NCBI GenBank assembly: GCA_963765495.1
Contig: CAVXWP010000007.1
Span: forward strand, 128,001-192,000
Direction of reading: 5' to 3'
From: Blastocatellia bacterium
GTDB lineage: Bacteria; Acidobacteriota; Blastocatellia; UBA7656
Length of the DNA: 64,000 nt
How positions within the stretch are numbered: position 1 is the stretch's first letter; every line of letters starts with the position of its first letter. Shown here in pieces: positions 1 through 9,788 of the stretch. Under the pieces are notes generated by a model. That model was not told the DNA's origin, searched no databases, and was given only the letters and a program-made list of their open reading frames with translations. Made by a program: the position numbers and the translations under genes.

Positions 1-87
1 TAATGGAATCGCGCGCCGATATGCGGGATTTATATCTTCAACTCAAGGCCCGTATCCCGGAACCGAAATAACGTCTCTCGACTTCTA

Positions 88-957
88 TCACCGCTCCTTG
101 AGCGATTCATTGAGCGAGCCTGTCCTATAGCCTTCCAGATCCAGAGTCACAAACTTAAATCCAATCGTCTTCAATGCTGACGACATCTGTCGAGCCATCG
201 CCCTGTCGAGCGCGCGCGGCAGTTCGTCTTCTGCGACTTCGATGCGGGCTATATCGCCGTGATGGCGCACGCGGACCTGCCGGAAACCTAACTGCTTGAG
301 CGCGATTTCTGCTTTGTCAACCATTGAGAGTTTTTCGATAGTTACCACCTGTCCATAAGGAACTCGCGAAGACAGACACGCAGAGGCGGGCTCGTCCCAG
401 GTGGGAAGCCCTCGCCGCCGCGACATTTCGCGGATGTCGGCCTTGGTCATCCGGCATTCCAGAAGCGGTGAGCGCACGCCAAGCTCCCGTGCGGCCTGTC
501 GGCCCGGTCTGTAATCTCCCACATCGTCGGCGTTCGTCCCGTCGCAGATCGTACGGTAACCGCGCTCCCGGGCAAACCGGGTGAGCTTTGAGTAAAGCTC
601 CGACTTGCAGTAGTAGCATCGGTTCGGCGGATTGCTTGTGTAGTTTGAATCCTGAAACTCTTCGGTAAAGATTATCTCGTGGCGGATACCGAAATCCTTT
701 GTGAGACGATCTGCCAGTTCGCGCTGAAAGCTCGGATAAGAGGCGCTGTCTCCGGTGACAGCAAGCGCATTCTCTTTCAATTCGCTATGCGCGACATAGG
801 CCAGATAGGCGCTATCCACACCGCCTGAAAAAGCTACTATCGTCGAACCATAGCTGCGGAGCAGGGCGCGAAGTTTCTGCTCTTTTACCTCGGCGGATTC
901 AGCCGGTTGAAGGCTGATAGCGCCTGCCGAATTTATGTCTGATCGGGTAAAACTCAC
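88..957 (-). CDS. larE: ATP-dependent sacrificial sulfur transferase LarE (PP-loop family)
   Basis: PP-loop AFSGGVDS, NPPNRCYYCK, DYRPG, ACLSSR and C-terminal LDLEGYRTGSLN typical of LarE. Confidence 0.9.
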   Translation of the reverse strand: MSFTRSDINSAGAISLQPAESAEVKEQKLRALLRSYGSTIVAFSGGVDSAYLAYVAHSELKENALAVTGDSASYPSFQRELADRLTKDFGIRHEIIFTEEFQDSNYTSNPPNRCYYCKSELYSKLTRFARERGYRTICDGTNADDVGDYRPGRQAARELGVRSPLLECRMTKADIREMSRRRGLPTWDEPASACLSSRVPYGQVVTIEKLSMVDKAEIALKQLGFRQVRVRHHGDIARIEVAEDELPRALDRAMARQMSSALKTIGFKFVTLDLEGYRTGSLNESLKER

Positions 958-1031
958 AGGATGATGTTAGCCGTTTGCCCGGGCGTTCGGCAACCTGCCA
1001 GGAAGATATATAGGAAAGTTCTGAAAGAGAG

Positions 1032-1490
1032 TCACGCAACAAGAGTCAGGTATTTATCCGAGTGATGGTTTTGAGATTCGGTCAAGATGCGCCAGGATTG
1101 ATCGGCGCTATTTCTTTGAATGGGGTGCAGATTGCCCTCGACAAATGCTTTGCCGCAGAATCCTTCATCCCTGGCGGCAATTTCCCAGATGCTTGTGACA
1201 ACCGTCTTATTGTCAATCATCACCTGTTGATCTAACAATCTCTGAACCGGAATAATGCTGACATGACAATCTATGCCCGTGCCATCGGTTATCGCCTGCG
1301 CTAATCGTTCGGCCTCAGCCCGAAAAAGGTAAGGGCCGGTTGAAGCCAGAAAATGGCGAGGGAGATTTGAAGAGCCAGGTTTCTTGTGAATTATGTATCC
1401 GTTAACAGGCATTGACTGAATATCCTTTTGAATTCTGCTCAGGCTCCCCCTCTCTTTTATTGAATATTGACAATGGGCGCAAATCTCCAC
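1032..1490 (-). CDS. Hypothetical protein
   Basis: 152-aa ORF fills the intergenic space, AT-richer than flanks; no recognisable family (GPY..RAEAERLA is weakly SPOR-like). Confidence 0.45.
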   Translation of the reverse strand: MEICAHCQYSIKERGSLSRIQKDIQSMPVNGYIIHKKPGSSNLPRHFLASTGPYLFRAEAERLAQAITDGTGIDCHVSIIPVQRLLDQQVMIDNKTVVTSIWEIAARDEGFCGKAFVEGNLHPIQRNSADQSWRILTESQNHHSDKYLTLVA

Positions 1491-1512
1491 TTATCTGTTT
1501 GACGGCAGCGCT

Positions 1513-1590
1513 CACCTGAGATTTGAGATTTCAGATGACCGCGAATGAGAGGAAATAATTTCAGCCTACATAACCTCAGGTGTTCAAATC
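1513..1590. repeat. Degenerate short repeat/inverted repeat element (GAGATTT units; CACCTGAG...CTCAGGTG)
   Basis: gagatttgagatttcagat at ~1518-1536; CACCTGAG 1513-1520 inverted to CTCAGGTG 1575-1582. Confidence 0.3.
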
Positions 1591-1681
1591 TATTTGCAAC
1601 ACAGGGCGTAATTAGGTAGATATTCATATCCGGCCTCGATCTTGTAAAAGGCGAACTTCTACCGGGGATGCTCTAAGGCTT

Positions 1682-3013
1682 ATGAAAATGACAATAAAAA
1701 GCTCTCTTGTAATTCTGCTGTCTGCGCTCTTCTTTTTTGCGATGCCTGCGCCTGCGCTGACTCAAGCCTCATACCAGCCGAGCGCTGCAAACCTTGAAGC
1801 CAGGCGATGGTTTCAGGATGCGAGGTTTGGGCTCTTCATTCACTGGGGAGTCTATAGCACACTGGGCGACGGCGAGTGGGTGATGAACAATCGCAGAATA
1901 CCTATAAGCGATTATGAAAAGCTTCCATCGCAATTCAACCCAATCGAGTTCGACCCTGCCGAATGGGTTGCGCTGGCGAAGGCCGCCGGGATGAAATACA
2001 TCACCATCACAAGCAAGCATCACGATGGATTCGCGATGTTCGATTCAAAGGTTTCCGACTACGATATTGTAGATCGCACTCCTTACAAGAAAGACGTGCT
2101 CAAGATGCTTGCCGATGAATGCCACAGGCAGGGAATAAAACTCTTCTTCTACTATTCACAACTCGACTGGCATAACCCCAATTATTTCCCGAGGGGGGGG
2201 ACGGGCCGTGATGCGGGACGCCCTGACAGGGGCGACTGGCCGAAATATATTGATTACATGAACGCGCAGCTAAAGGAGTTGTTGACCGGTTACGGCGAGA
2301 TTGGCGGGATATGGTTCGACGGATGGTGGGACCGCCCCGATGCGGACTGGCGTCTTGATGAAACATATAAGCTCATTCACGACCTCCGGCCCGCCGCCCT
2401 TATCGGCTCGAATCATCATCGTCGTCCGAACCCCGGCGAAGATTTTCAGATGTTCGAAAAAGATTTGCCCGGAGCAAACACTGCCGGTTTCAACAAGGAT
2501 TCCGAGATCGGCTCTCTTCCACTTGAAACCTGCGAGACGATGAACAACTCGTGGGGGTTTAATATCACCGACAGGAAATATAAGAGCACGCGCGAATTGA
2601 TTCAATATCTGGCGCGAGCGGCGGGCAATAACGCAAATTTTCTGTTGAACGTCGGCCCGATGCCAAACGGAAGGATTCAGCCCGAATTTGCAGCGCACCT
2701 TCGAGAGATGGGCAAGTGGCTTGATAAGTACGGCGAGGCGATATACGGCACGCGGGGCGGCCCTGTTTCACCTCGCCTCTGGGGTGTGACTACTCAAAAA
2801 GAGAACATAGTCTATCTGCATGTGCTCGACTGGAATTTTTCGGACGCGCTCTGGGTTCCCCTCTCTCATCGAGTCAAATCGGCAAGGTTCCTGAAGGATG
2901 GAAGCAATGCCGAGTTTCTTCAGGTTGATAACGGGGTTTTGTTGAAAGCGATCCCACAGCGCGCAATTGACGAATACGATACGGTAATCGCGCTTGAGCT
3001 AGACAATAAGTGA
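1682..3013 (+). CDS. Alpha-L-fucosidase (GH29), secreted
   Basis: Signal peptide; WFQDARFGLFIHWG, TSKHHDGF, IWFDGWW nucleophile motif, NFLLNVGP. Confidence 0.92.
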   Translation: MKMTIKSSLVILLSALFFFAMPAPALTQASYQPSAANLEARRWFQDARFGLFIHWGVYSTLGDGEWVMNNRRIPISDYEKLPSQFNPIEFDPAEWVALAKAAGMKYITITSKHHDGFAMFDSKVSDYDIVDRTPYKKDVLKMLADECHRQGIKLFFYYSQLDWHNPNYFPRGGTGRDAGRPDRGDWPKYIDYMNAQLKELLTGYGEIGGIWFDGWWDRPDADWRLDETYKLIHDLRPAALIGSNHHRRPNPGEDFQMFEKDLPGANTAGFNKDSEIGSLPLETCETMNNSWGFNITDRKYKSTRELIQYLARAAGNNANFLLNVGPMPNGRIQPEFAAHLREMGKWLDKYGEAIYGTRGGPVSPRLWGVTTQKENIVYLHVLDWNFSDALWVPLSHRVKSARFLKDGSNAEFLQVDNGVLLKAIPQRAIDEYDTVIALELDNK

Positions 3014-3094
3014 AGCCGGATGACAACCGATGGCCATCGCCTTTGCGCCGGGGCCGTTTACGAGTCTCCTGATGAATAGAGGTAAAATGTGGGC

Positions 3095-3676
3095 TCAGTT
3101 TGTCTGGTATCCAGGTGGCGGAAAGTTGCGCGCCCGGTCATCGAGAACCAGTACCCAGTCATTGCCACGCCCGCTTGTTGAAGGCACAAATTCTCGATCT
3201 TCCATTCTTGTGAAGCTCGCGATTTTCGTGCTTTTCCCCGTTCTGGGATTATACCAGTAGGCCATCAGTCTTTGCCCTTTTAACCTGCCTGTTGCAATCC
3301 TCACGGGCCTGCCTGTAGGTATGTAAACAAATGCAAAGCTGCCGTCTTCGGCGCGAGCCGCATTTATATAATCCTGCCCCTTGCCCGGGTTGCTAACGAT
3401 CATTGCCTGATCCGGCACAAGCTTTGTGAAGGGCCGCGACTGGAAAAGTCTACGCAGGTATTTCATCTGCACAGCGCCGGGTTGATTTAACGCCTCCCGC
3501 CAGGGAGTCCTGGCCGCCGTGATAGGCTCGCGCCCCGGTCGCCACATCTGCCATATATTGTGATTGCCGTAGGTGTGTCCGCACGCTCCCGCCAACAAAG
3601 ACCAGTAGGCAGCCTGCCTCGCCTCCGAGTATCCGGGCAGGTCGAAACGGCTGGCAGACGAGCAGCGTAGCGGCAA
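3095..3676 (-). pseudogene. 5'-truncated DUF4038/putative collagen-binding-domain glycoside hydrolase fragment
   Basis: AYWSLLAGACGHTYG..IWQM, WYNPRTG and DWVLVL are C-terminal motifs of this family; the N-terminal two-thirds is missing and homology stops near 3640. Confidence 0.7.
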
Positions 3677-3686
3677 ATTGAGTATC

Positions 3687-3907
3687 CAGGGCCATTCAAT
3701 TTTTGAGTAGCAGGCACGAGGCGGAAGAAATGTTGAAAGTTGAGTTCAAGCAAAGGCGTGTTGAAATAGGCCGCGGATAACGCGGATCGGGCGGATTTTC
3801 GCGGATTTGCTCATAAAGAGTCAGATCCGCGTAGATCCGCCCGATCCGCGTCCGTCCCGGTCTATTCCCAGTCTCCTTATCTACACTTTGAAAACTGAAT
3901 GGCCCTG
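3687..3907. mobile_element. 221-bp MITE with CAGGGCCATTCA terminal inverted repeats and 10-bp target-site duplication
   Basis: Left end CAGGGCCATTCAATTTT (3687), right end AAAACTGAATGGCCCTG (3891-3907), flanked by direct repeat ATTGAGTATC (3677-3686, 3908-3917); contains inverted CGCGGAT-type repeats at ~3763-3868. Confidence 0.85.
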
Positions 3908-3934
3908 ATTGAGTATCGTATTTACCTGCCGATA

Positions 3935-3971
3935 TTTCTTGAAATAATAGAGGGCATTCCTGTGTCTAAAT
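3935..3971 (+). promoter_or_regulatory. Putative ECF-sigma promoter (autoregulatory)
   Basis: TTTCTTGAAATA-N16-TGTCTAAAT, 15 nt upstream of the sigma GTG; identical boxes and spacing at 9487-9523 on the minus strand. Confidence 0.75.
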
Positions 3972-3986
3972 GGTAGTGTAAATAAA

Positions 3987-4568
3987 GTGAATGACCGCAA
4001 CACCGACATCAACGCTTTGATGGATGAAGAACTGGTGGAGATGATCGTCGCCGGCCAGGGTGAAGTGTTTAGTCTTATATATAATCGTTATTACTCTCGT
4101 GTTTATCGTATGGCTTACGCAATGACAGGCAGCCATCATTCCGCAGAAGATATGGCCCAGGAGGTTTTCATGAGAGCCTACCAAAAGATAACGCTCTTTG
4201 GCGGAAAATCGAAATTCTCGACCTGGCTGTACCGACTTGCGCATAACCACTGTTTGAATCATTGCAAACGCGAGCATGTGCAAGACAATATGCAATTCGA
4301 TGAAATGAGGTCATCGCCGCTAAACACTTCCTTCGAGTCTGCGGAAAGCAGGCTCCTGCAAACACAGGTTCAGAGCGAAATACAGAAAGCTCTGCTCAGT
4401 CTGAAACCCGAGGTGAGATTGATTATCATTCTCAGAGATATTGAGGGGCTGACTTATGCAGAGATATGCGAGCAATTGAACTGTTCGACAGGAACCCTGG
4501 CCGCACAACTGAATCGCGCACGGAAGTTAATAGCCAGAAAGCTGGAACATCTTCGAGGCACAATTTAG
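3987..4568 (+). CDS. ECF RNA polymerase sigma-70 factor
   Basis: AEDMAQEVF, FSTWLYRLAHN (region 2); LRDIEGLTYAEI..GT..LNRAR (region 4). Confidence 0.92.
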   Translation: MNDRNTDINALMDEELVEMIVAGQGEVFSLIYNRYYSRVYRMAYAMTGSHHSAEDMAQEVFMRAYQKITLFGGKSKFSTWLYRLAHNHCLNHCKREHVQDNMQFDEMRSSPLNTSFESAESRLLQTQVQSEIQKALLSLKPEVRLIIILRDIEGLTYAEICEQLNCSTGTLAAQLNRARKLIARKLEHLRGTI

Positions 4569-4570
4569 CT

Positions 4571-6784
4571 ATGCTGGTATCATACAAACAACTTGGCGAA
4601 TATCTGTTCTGTGTTGCCTATTTTCGACGCCTGCTTACTCCCTATATTGATGGAGAGCTTGACGCGTTGAAACAAACTCGCGTGCAACGGCATCTAGGGA
4701 AATGTGAAAGGTGCCAGCGCGAATACGACCACCTGCTGTTTGCTTCTCGGGTGGTATCTCATCTGATCTTGCCCGTTGAACCGCCGACAGGGATGCCTGC
4801 CTGGTTTGCGCCCGTCCGTGTTGAGGATAAGTTTCGCTCGTATTGGCGGCCATGGAAGATACTCGTGCCGTTTGCCGCAGCAACCCTGGCGACTCTCCTC
4901 ATCGCCGTCGTGTTGATTCATCGGCGTCACATGGATCAGCAAAATGGTTCCTTGAATCAGGAGGTTTCCTGGAATGTCGTACGCCTGGCGGGCACGCCGC
5001 TGATCAACTCAAGCCGGATGAGTAAAACAAATGAGATTAAAGTGGGCGACTGGCTTGAGACCGACAAGAGCTCCCGAGCCCTGCTCAATATGGGAATCCT
5101 GGGGCAGGTCGAAGTGGACCCCGACACGCGCATCAGGCTGGTCGAGTCGCGCTCGAATGAGCAAAGACTCTCCATAACTCGCGGTCGCGTCTACGCGACC
5201 ATCCTTGCTCCGCCACGCATTTTTTTCATTGAGACGCCGTCGGGAATCGCGATAGATCTTGGCTGCGCCTACACGCTTGAGGTTGATGAATCGGGGCAGA
5301 GCACCGTCTACGTCTTTTCCGGGGGGGTCGCCTTTGCCTATCGAGGCCGGGAATCTACAATCCCAGCAAACATGGCTTGTCGCGCAAGACCCGGTAGCGG
5401 GCCGGGGACTCCTTACGACAGGGGCGCTTCGGAGTCGTTTCAAAACGCGCTTGCGGAATTCGATTTTGAAAGCGGAGGTTCACAGGCTCTTCAAAAGGTA
5501 CTGGCAGAGACACAGGCGTCGGATGCCCTTACGCTCTGGAATTTGTTGAAGCGTGTCGAAGGCCGAGACCGGGATCGGGTTTATGAGAAGCTTGCCAGGT
5601 TTGTTCCTCCCCCCGATGCTTCAACGAAGGAAGGGATACTTCGGCTCGATCAGCCAATGCTCGACCTGTGGCTGCAAAAGGTCGATGAAGCAAGAGCAGG
5701 TCACGAGTCAAAACGGAGACCCGCACCAGGCACAATAAGGCTTACGGGCAATATGGAGGTTGACCGTTCCTGGCACAGGGCGATTTTGTTGCCCAATGGA
5801 AAGGTATTGGTCACAGGCGGGCTCGACAGCTACGGGAACGCTCTGGCGAGCGCAGAGCTTTACGATCCTGCAACCGGCGAATTTACCGATGCAGGAAAGA
5901 TGAACTCAAGACGCTATGCTCATAGCGCGACGTTACTCAAAAACGGTAAGGTGTTGTTTGTCGGAGGCGGAGAAGGCAAAGAGACAAGGGATACTTTATC
6001 GAGCGCCGAAATCTATGACCCCAACACAGGTCTCTTTACTCCAACAGGTATGTTAAAGACTGCGCGCCTTGCGCACGAAGCCACCCTGCTTGCTGATGGA
6101 AGAGTGCTCATCACCGGCGGTATGGGAGGGAACGGCGATGCGTCCTGGCTGGCGAGCGCAGAGATTTACGATCCCGCTACTGAAACATTCAACGAGACTG
6201 GGAAGATGCGCGAGGCGCGGGTAGATCACACCGCAACGTTGCTAAATAATGGCAAGACGCTCATTGCCGGTGGATACGGCAATACAGGCGCAAGAAACGG
6301 CGTGACCTCAAGCGCAGAGCTTTACGATCCTCAGACAGGCAGCTTCTCGCTTGTGTCGAACATGAACTTTCATCGCTTCAAGCATTCGGCAGTACTGCTC
6401 AATGATGGCAAGGTTCTCATCGTGGGAGGCATAGCCTCTTCCAGCAATCCGCGCCAATATACGACGGCAGAGCTTTTTGATCCTGCAACCAACAGCTTTG
6501 TAAATACAGGCGACATGGTTTTGGACCGCTACAAGGTTAGAAATGCCGCCGTGCGGTTGCAAAACGGCAAAGTGTTTATCGCCGGCGGAAGTTGGGGTTT
6601 TGAGATTTACGACCCGGCTACGGGCACATTCAGCATGAACACAGGCAGGATGAACATGACGCGATATTATTCGACGGCCACACTGCTGCCAAACGGCGAT
6701 GTCGTAATCATCGGTGGTTATAGCGGCATTCAGCCCGAAGATTTCTATCACTCAAGCGCGAGCGCGTGGATCTATAGCCCCTGA
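4571..6784 (+). CDS. Anti-sigma factor: zf-HC2 zinc finger + TM + FecR-like + Kelch/galactose-oxidase propeller
   Basis: ATG 2 nt after the sigma stop; YIDGEL..HLGKCERC; TM helix; FecR-like FIETPSGIAIDLG; repeated R..H.A.LL.NGKVL..GG..SAELYDP Kelch blades. Confidence 0.82.
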   Translation: MLVSYKQLGEYLFCVAYFRRLLTPYIDGELDALKQTRVQRHLGKCERCQREYDHLLFASRVVSHLILPVEPPTGMPAWFAPVRVEDKFRSYWRPWKILVPFAAATLATLLIAVVLIHRRHMDQQNGSLNQEVSWNVVRLAGTPLINSSRMSKTNEIKVGDWLETDKSSRALLNMGILGQVEVDPDTRIRLVESRSNEQRLSITRGRVYATILAPPRIFFIETPSGIAIDLGCAYTLEVDESGQSTVYVFSGGVAFAYRGRESTIPANMACRARPGSGPGTPYDRGASESFQNALAEFDFESGGSQALQKVLAETQASDALTLWNLLKRVEGRDRDRVYEKLARFVPPPDASTKEGILRLDQPMLDLWLQKVDEARAGHESKRRPAPGTIRLTGNMEVDRSWHRAILLPNGKVLVTGGLDSYGNALASAELYDPATGEFTDAGKMNSRRYAHSATLLKNGKVLFVGGGEGKETRDTLSSAEIYDPNTGLFTPTGMLKTARLAHEATLLADGRVLITGGMGGNGDASWLASAEIYDPATETFNETGKMREARVDHTATLLNNGKTLIAGGYGNTGARNGVTSSAELYDPQTGSFSLVSNMNFHRFKHSAVLLNDGKVLIVGGIASSSNPRQYTTAELFDPATNSFVNTGDMVLDRYKVRNAAVRLQNGKVFIAGGSWGFEIYDPATGTFSMNTGRMNMTRYYSTATLLPNGDVVIIGGYSGIQPEDFYHSSASAWIYSP

Positions 6785-6886
6785 TCAACTCTTTGCCAAA
6801 TCGAACTGCACAAGATTGGCACAGTTGAATCAGCAAGGATATCCAAAGCAACAGATAGGCTTGTGATCATTAAAGCCCTACAGTTA

Positions 6887-8038
6887 TCAATACACGGCTC
6901 TCAGAATGTCTGAATAAAGAAAATCAACCGGTTCGGCGAAGGTTGATGAGGTGTTTCCAGTAATGACAACTACCATGTCGTATTTCGGGATGACAAAGAT
7001 CCACTGATCGCGTGCGCCAGAGGCCGTGTAGATGTCTCCGTCAGCATCTTGCACCTTGCCTGATCCATCGAGCGGCAACAGCCACCATAGATAGCCGTAG
7101 TCCACCGGGTGCGAGTTGAATGTTCGCGGATTTCTCACCCAGTGTTGCAACGACTCTTGCAGCCATTCTTCGGAAATGACCTGCTCGTCTTGCCACCTTC
7201 CTTTTCTAAGTACCAGGTAGCCAATCTTTGCCATATCCTTTGCCCGAAGATACAAGCCGCCACCCATGTGCGGTAAACCTTCCGGGCGTCCCTGAACCCA
7301 CCGCGCCGTCGTGATGCCGAGCGGGTAGAAAAGGAAGCGTTGCGCGAAGTCGTCTACCGAAGTGCCTGCGACATTGAGAATGATCCCACCGAGCACGATC
7401 ACGCCGCCACTGTTATATTCGAAACGCAGGCCGGGCGGTTCGCGCATCGGCCAATTAAGTACGAACCGCAGCCAATTGCAGCCGCAGGTGTTCAACTGTT
7501 GCAAGGGTGATCCGGCATAAATCGATTCGCTCCAATCCAAGCCAGTTCGCATCGTGAGCAGGTCTTGTAGGCGGAGGGCGGTTTTGCGCTCGTCAAGATT
7601 CCTGACGTTTGGGTATTCGGGGAAATAATCTAACACTCGATCATCCACGCTGTGAATCTTTCCCTGTTCGAGAGCGATGCCGATGAGCAGTGACGTGATG
7701 CTCTTGGTGTCCGATTGTAACGTATGCACATCATCCGGCGTGGAGCCGTTGAAATATTTTTCAACAACCAGGTAGCCGTTGCGCACTATCAAGAGGCTAT
7801 TGAGGTCTCTGATCTCGTTTCTGCGGATTCGTTTGACGAGCTTCTTCAAGATCTTCTTATCCAGCATCTGATCTTCCGGTTTAGATCTTCGCCACTCGCC
7901 GGTCGGCCAATAATCGGTCTGACTCTGCGCCGCGACTTGCAAGGAAATGCAACCAAGGGCAAACAGAGAGAGCGAAAAGATTACCAGAGTCCTTTTTAGG
8001 CTGCATATGTGTGCCATATCTAAATCTCCGTTCCTCAC
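6887..8038 (-). CDS. Secreted serine hydrolase (beta-lactamase class C/NylB-like)
   Basis: Signal peptide; SxxK (SDTK), LLTMRTG, FEYNS, YGYLWW motifs. Confidence 0.88.
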   Translation of the reverse strand: MRNGDLDMAHICSLKRTLVIFSLSLFALGCISLQVAAQSQTDYWPTGEWRRSKPEDQMLDKKILKKLVKRIRRNEIRDLNSLLIVRNGYLVVEKYFNGSTPDDVHTLQSDTKSITSLLIGIALEQGKIHSVDDRVLDYFPEYPNVRNLDERKTALRLQDLLTMRTGLDWSESIYAGSPLQQLNTCGCNWLRFVLNWPMREPPGLRFEYNSGGVIVLGGIILNVAGTSVDDFAQRFLFYPLGITTARWVQGRPEGLPHMGGGLYLRAKDMAKIGYLVLRKGRWQDEQVISEEWLQESLQHWVRNPRTFNSHPVDYGYLWWLLPLDGSGKVQDADGDIYTASGARDQWIFVIPKYDMVVVITGNTSSTFAEPVDFLYSDILRAVY

Positions 8039-8140
8039 TCATCACCCCCCACATACTGGGTTAGTTCGTCAAAGCAAACCTCTCCACATCTGCTTGATCA
8101 ACGCCAGGATTGCGACAAAACCCGGTAGCCCGTTTCGTCG

Positions 8141-8197
8141 GCCTTAACGATGAGCCTTAACGATGAGCCTTAACGGTGGGCCTTAACGGTGGGCCTC
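8141..8197. repeat. 13-bp tandem repeat, ~4.3 copies
   Basis: GCCTTAACGATGA x2, GCCTTAACGGTGG x2, then GCCT abutting the stop codon of the upstream minus-strand gene. Confidence 0.9.
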
Positions 8198-9428
8198 ATT
8201 CAATGGCGTACAAAGTTCCTGTCGCTCCGACATTGGTGGCAAAATAGATTGCCCCATCGCCGATTGCCGCACCCGCGATGATTCTGCCGTCGGCCTGAAA
8301 CCTCCAAAGCTGCTCGCCCGTCTGCGCGTCCACGCCATAAAAATAACGCTGTTCGATTGTGTCATCAAAATTGGCTTCTCCGAAATAAACGACTCCACCT
8401 GCCACAATCGGATCGGCCGTGGCTGAGGCTTCAGCCTTGAAACGCCACACCATCTCGCCTGTCTGTTTATTGAGAGCAGTTACATACTGATCCTTATTTC
8501 CAATATAGACAAGATCGTCGGCTACGGCGGGGCGAGACCATGCGAAATCGCCTCCTCCTCCTGAATAACTCCAAATGACTTCCCCGGTTTGACTGTCCAG
8601 CGCTTGAAACATCCCATCCACACTGCCGATATAGAGCAGCTCGTCGGCAAAAGCGATGCCGGTCGTCCAGGCCGATGAAGCAGGTCTGTCTATCTTCCAT
8701 TTTTGCTGGCCGGTCTCGCTGTCTATAGCATAAACAGAATAAACGCTTGTCGTAGAGTCGGCCGCTGAAAGATAAATCGTGCCGTTATCATAGACCGGCG
8801 GCGTATCCGAATCTCCGATGGTGATCGTCCACCTCTTCTCACCGGTGGTTGCATTAACGGCATAGAGCTTGTTGTCAAAGCAACTAAAATAGACGGTTGG
8901 GCCGACAACAAGAGGCGCGGTTAAGGCCAATCCCTTGGTCTTGATTTTCCAGACTTTCTTGCCCGTTCTAGCATTCAGGGCATAGAGGCGCAGGTTCTGA
9001 CCGACATAAACGACTCCGTCAGCAACAGCGACGGCAGAAAACAACGGCGTGGCCGGCTTGGGTTTAAACGCCCAGACTCTATTACCGGTGGCACTATCAA
9101 TTGCTTGCAGCCGACCGTTGCTGCCCATCAGATAAACGAGCCCGTCTGCAAATACCGCCGGGCCATGAGTAATCTCGCCGACTGCCGTCTGCCATCGGAC
9201 GCGGCTCATTGTCCGCAGCCCCGGCCCCTCATATGCTCCGGTTCGATGAGCGTCCCCACGATAAAGCACTACCTGCGAGGCGCTTTGCAAAGGCGCAGGG
9301 TTGAGATCAAGCCTATGACTCTTTGCAGCTACACTTATGGCTAAAACGTACCCTAAGATACACACTACTGAAATGATGGAAAGAAAGCCCAGAGCCACTT
9401 GCACGCTCTTCTCTTCGTTAATCCTCAT
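8196..9428 (-). CDS. PQQ-like (BamB-type) beta-propeller repeat protein, N-terminally anchored
   Basis: N-terminal hydrophobic segment, YRGDAHRTG, repeated LYALNARTGKKVW / VYAIDSETGQQKW blades. Confidence 0.85.
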   Translation of the reverse strand: MRINEEKSVQVALGFLSIISVVCILGYVLAISVAAKSHRLDLNPAPLQSASQVVLYRGDAHRTGAYEGPGLRTMSRVRWQTAVGEITHGPAVFADGLVYLMGSNGRLQAIDSATGNRVWAFKPKPATPLFSAVAVADGVVYVGQNLRLYALNARTGKKVWKIKTKGLALTAPLVVGPTVYFSCFDNKLYAVNATTGEKRWTITIGDSDTPPVYDNGTIYLSAADSTTSVYSVYAIDSETGQQKWKIDRPASSAWTTGIAFADELLYIGSVDGMFQALDSQTGEVIWSYSGGGGDFAWSRPAVADDLVYIGNKDQYVTALNKQTGEMVWRFKAEASATADPIVAGGVVYFGEANFDDTIEQRYFYGVDAQTGEQLWRFQADGRIIAGAAIGDGAIYFATNVGATGTLYAIE

Positions 9429-9486
9429 GGACGGTTTCCTCCTGAAGCGATATTCCTTGATGCAGATGCAACAACTCCCAACTTCG

Positions 9487-9523
9487 ATTTAGACAGCTTA
9501 GGAGGAGAGAATATTTCAAGAAA
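9487..9523 (-). promoter_or_regulatory. Putative ECF-sigma promoter for the propeller/serine hydrolase genes
   Basis: Reverse complement reads TTTCTTGAAATA-ttctctcctcctaagc-TGTCTAAAT, matching 3935-3971. Confidence 0.75.
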
Positions 9524-9686
9524 AGAGAGTTAGTTCTGTTACGCTATCAGCCGTCAGGCGAATAGATATTCAGCTTCTAAACACAAGTTGTTAGTTCAGA
9601 TGAGATTTTCGGAAAAGCCAGTCACCATAGCGTTACCGCTCCAAAGGCATTGACTGTTGGATTGGCTGTAAATAATTGAAGATAGA

Positions 9687-9762
9687 TGGTGACTCGTACG
9701 GGATTTGAACCCGTGTTGCCGCCGTGAAAGGGCGGTGTCCTAGGCCTCTAGACGAACGAGTC
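9687..9762 (-). tRNA. tRNA-Glu (TTC)
   Basis: GACTCGT acceptor stem, CCGCC-CTTTCAC-GGCGG anticodon arm, GGTTCAAATCC T-arm, encoded CCA. Confidence 0.96.
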
Positions 9763-9788
9763 AAACGGAGATTGTCAAAACTTACTTG

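Noticed and set aside
88-957. Complete lactate racemase/nickel-pincer cofactor operon
   Set aside because: Only larE is visible; no larA/B/C in the window, though genes may lie beyond the left edge
4466-4570. Extended ORF-track starts (4466, 11360, 15658, 20526, 45298, 45584, 59512, 63324)
   Set aside because: They overlap neighbours or repeats and precede family homology; downstream starts fit better
8141-8197. CRISPR array
   Set aside because: 13-bp contiguous units with no spacers; no cas genes; no CRISPR-like array seen anywhere in the window
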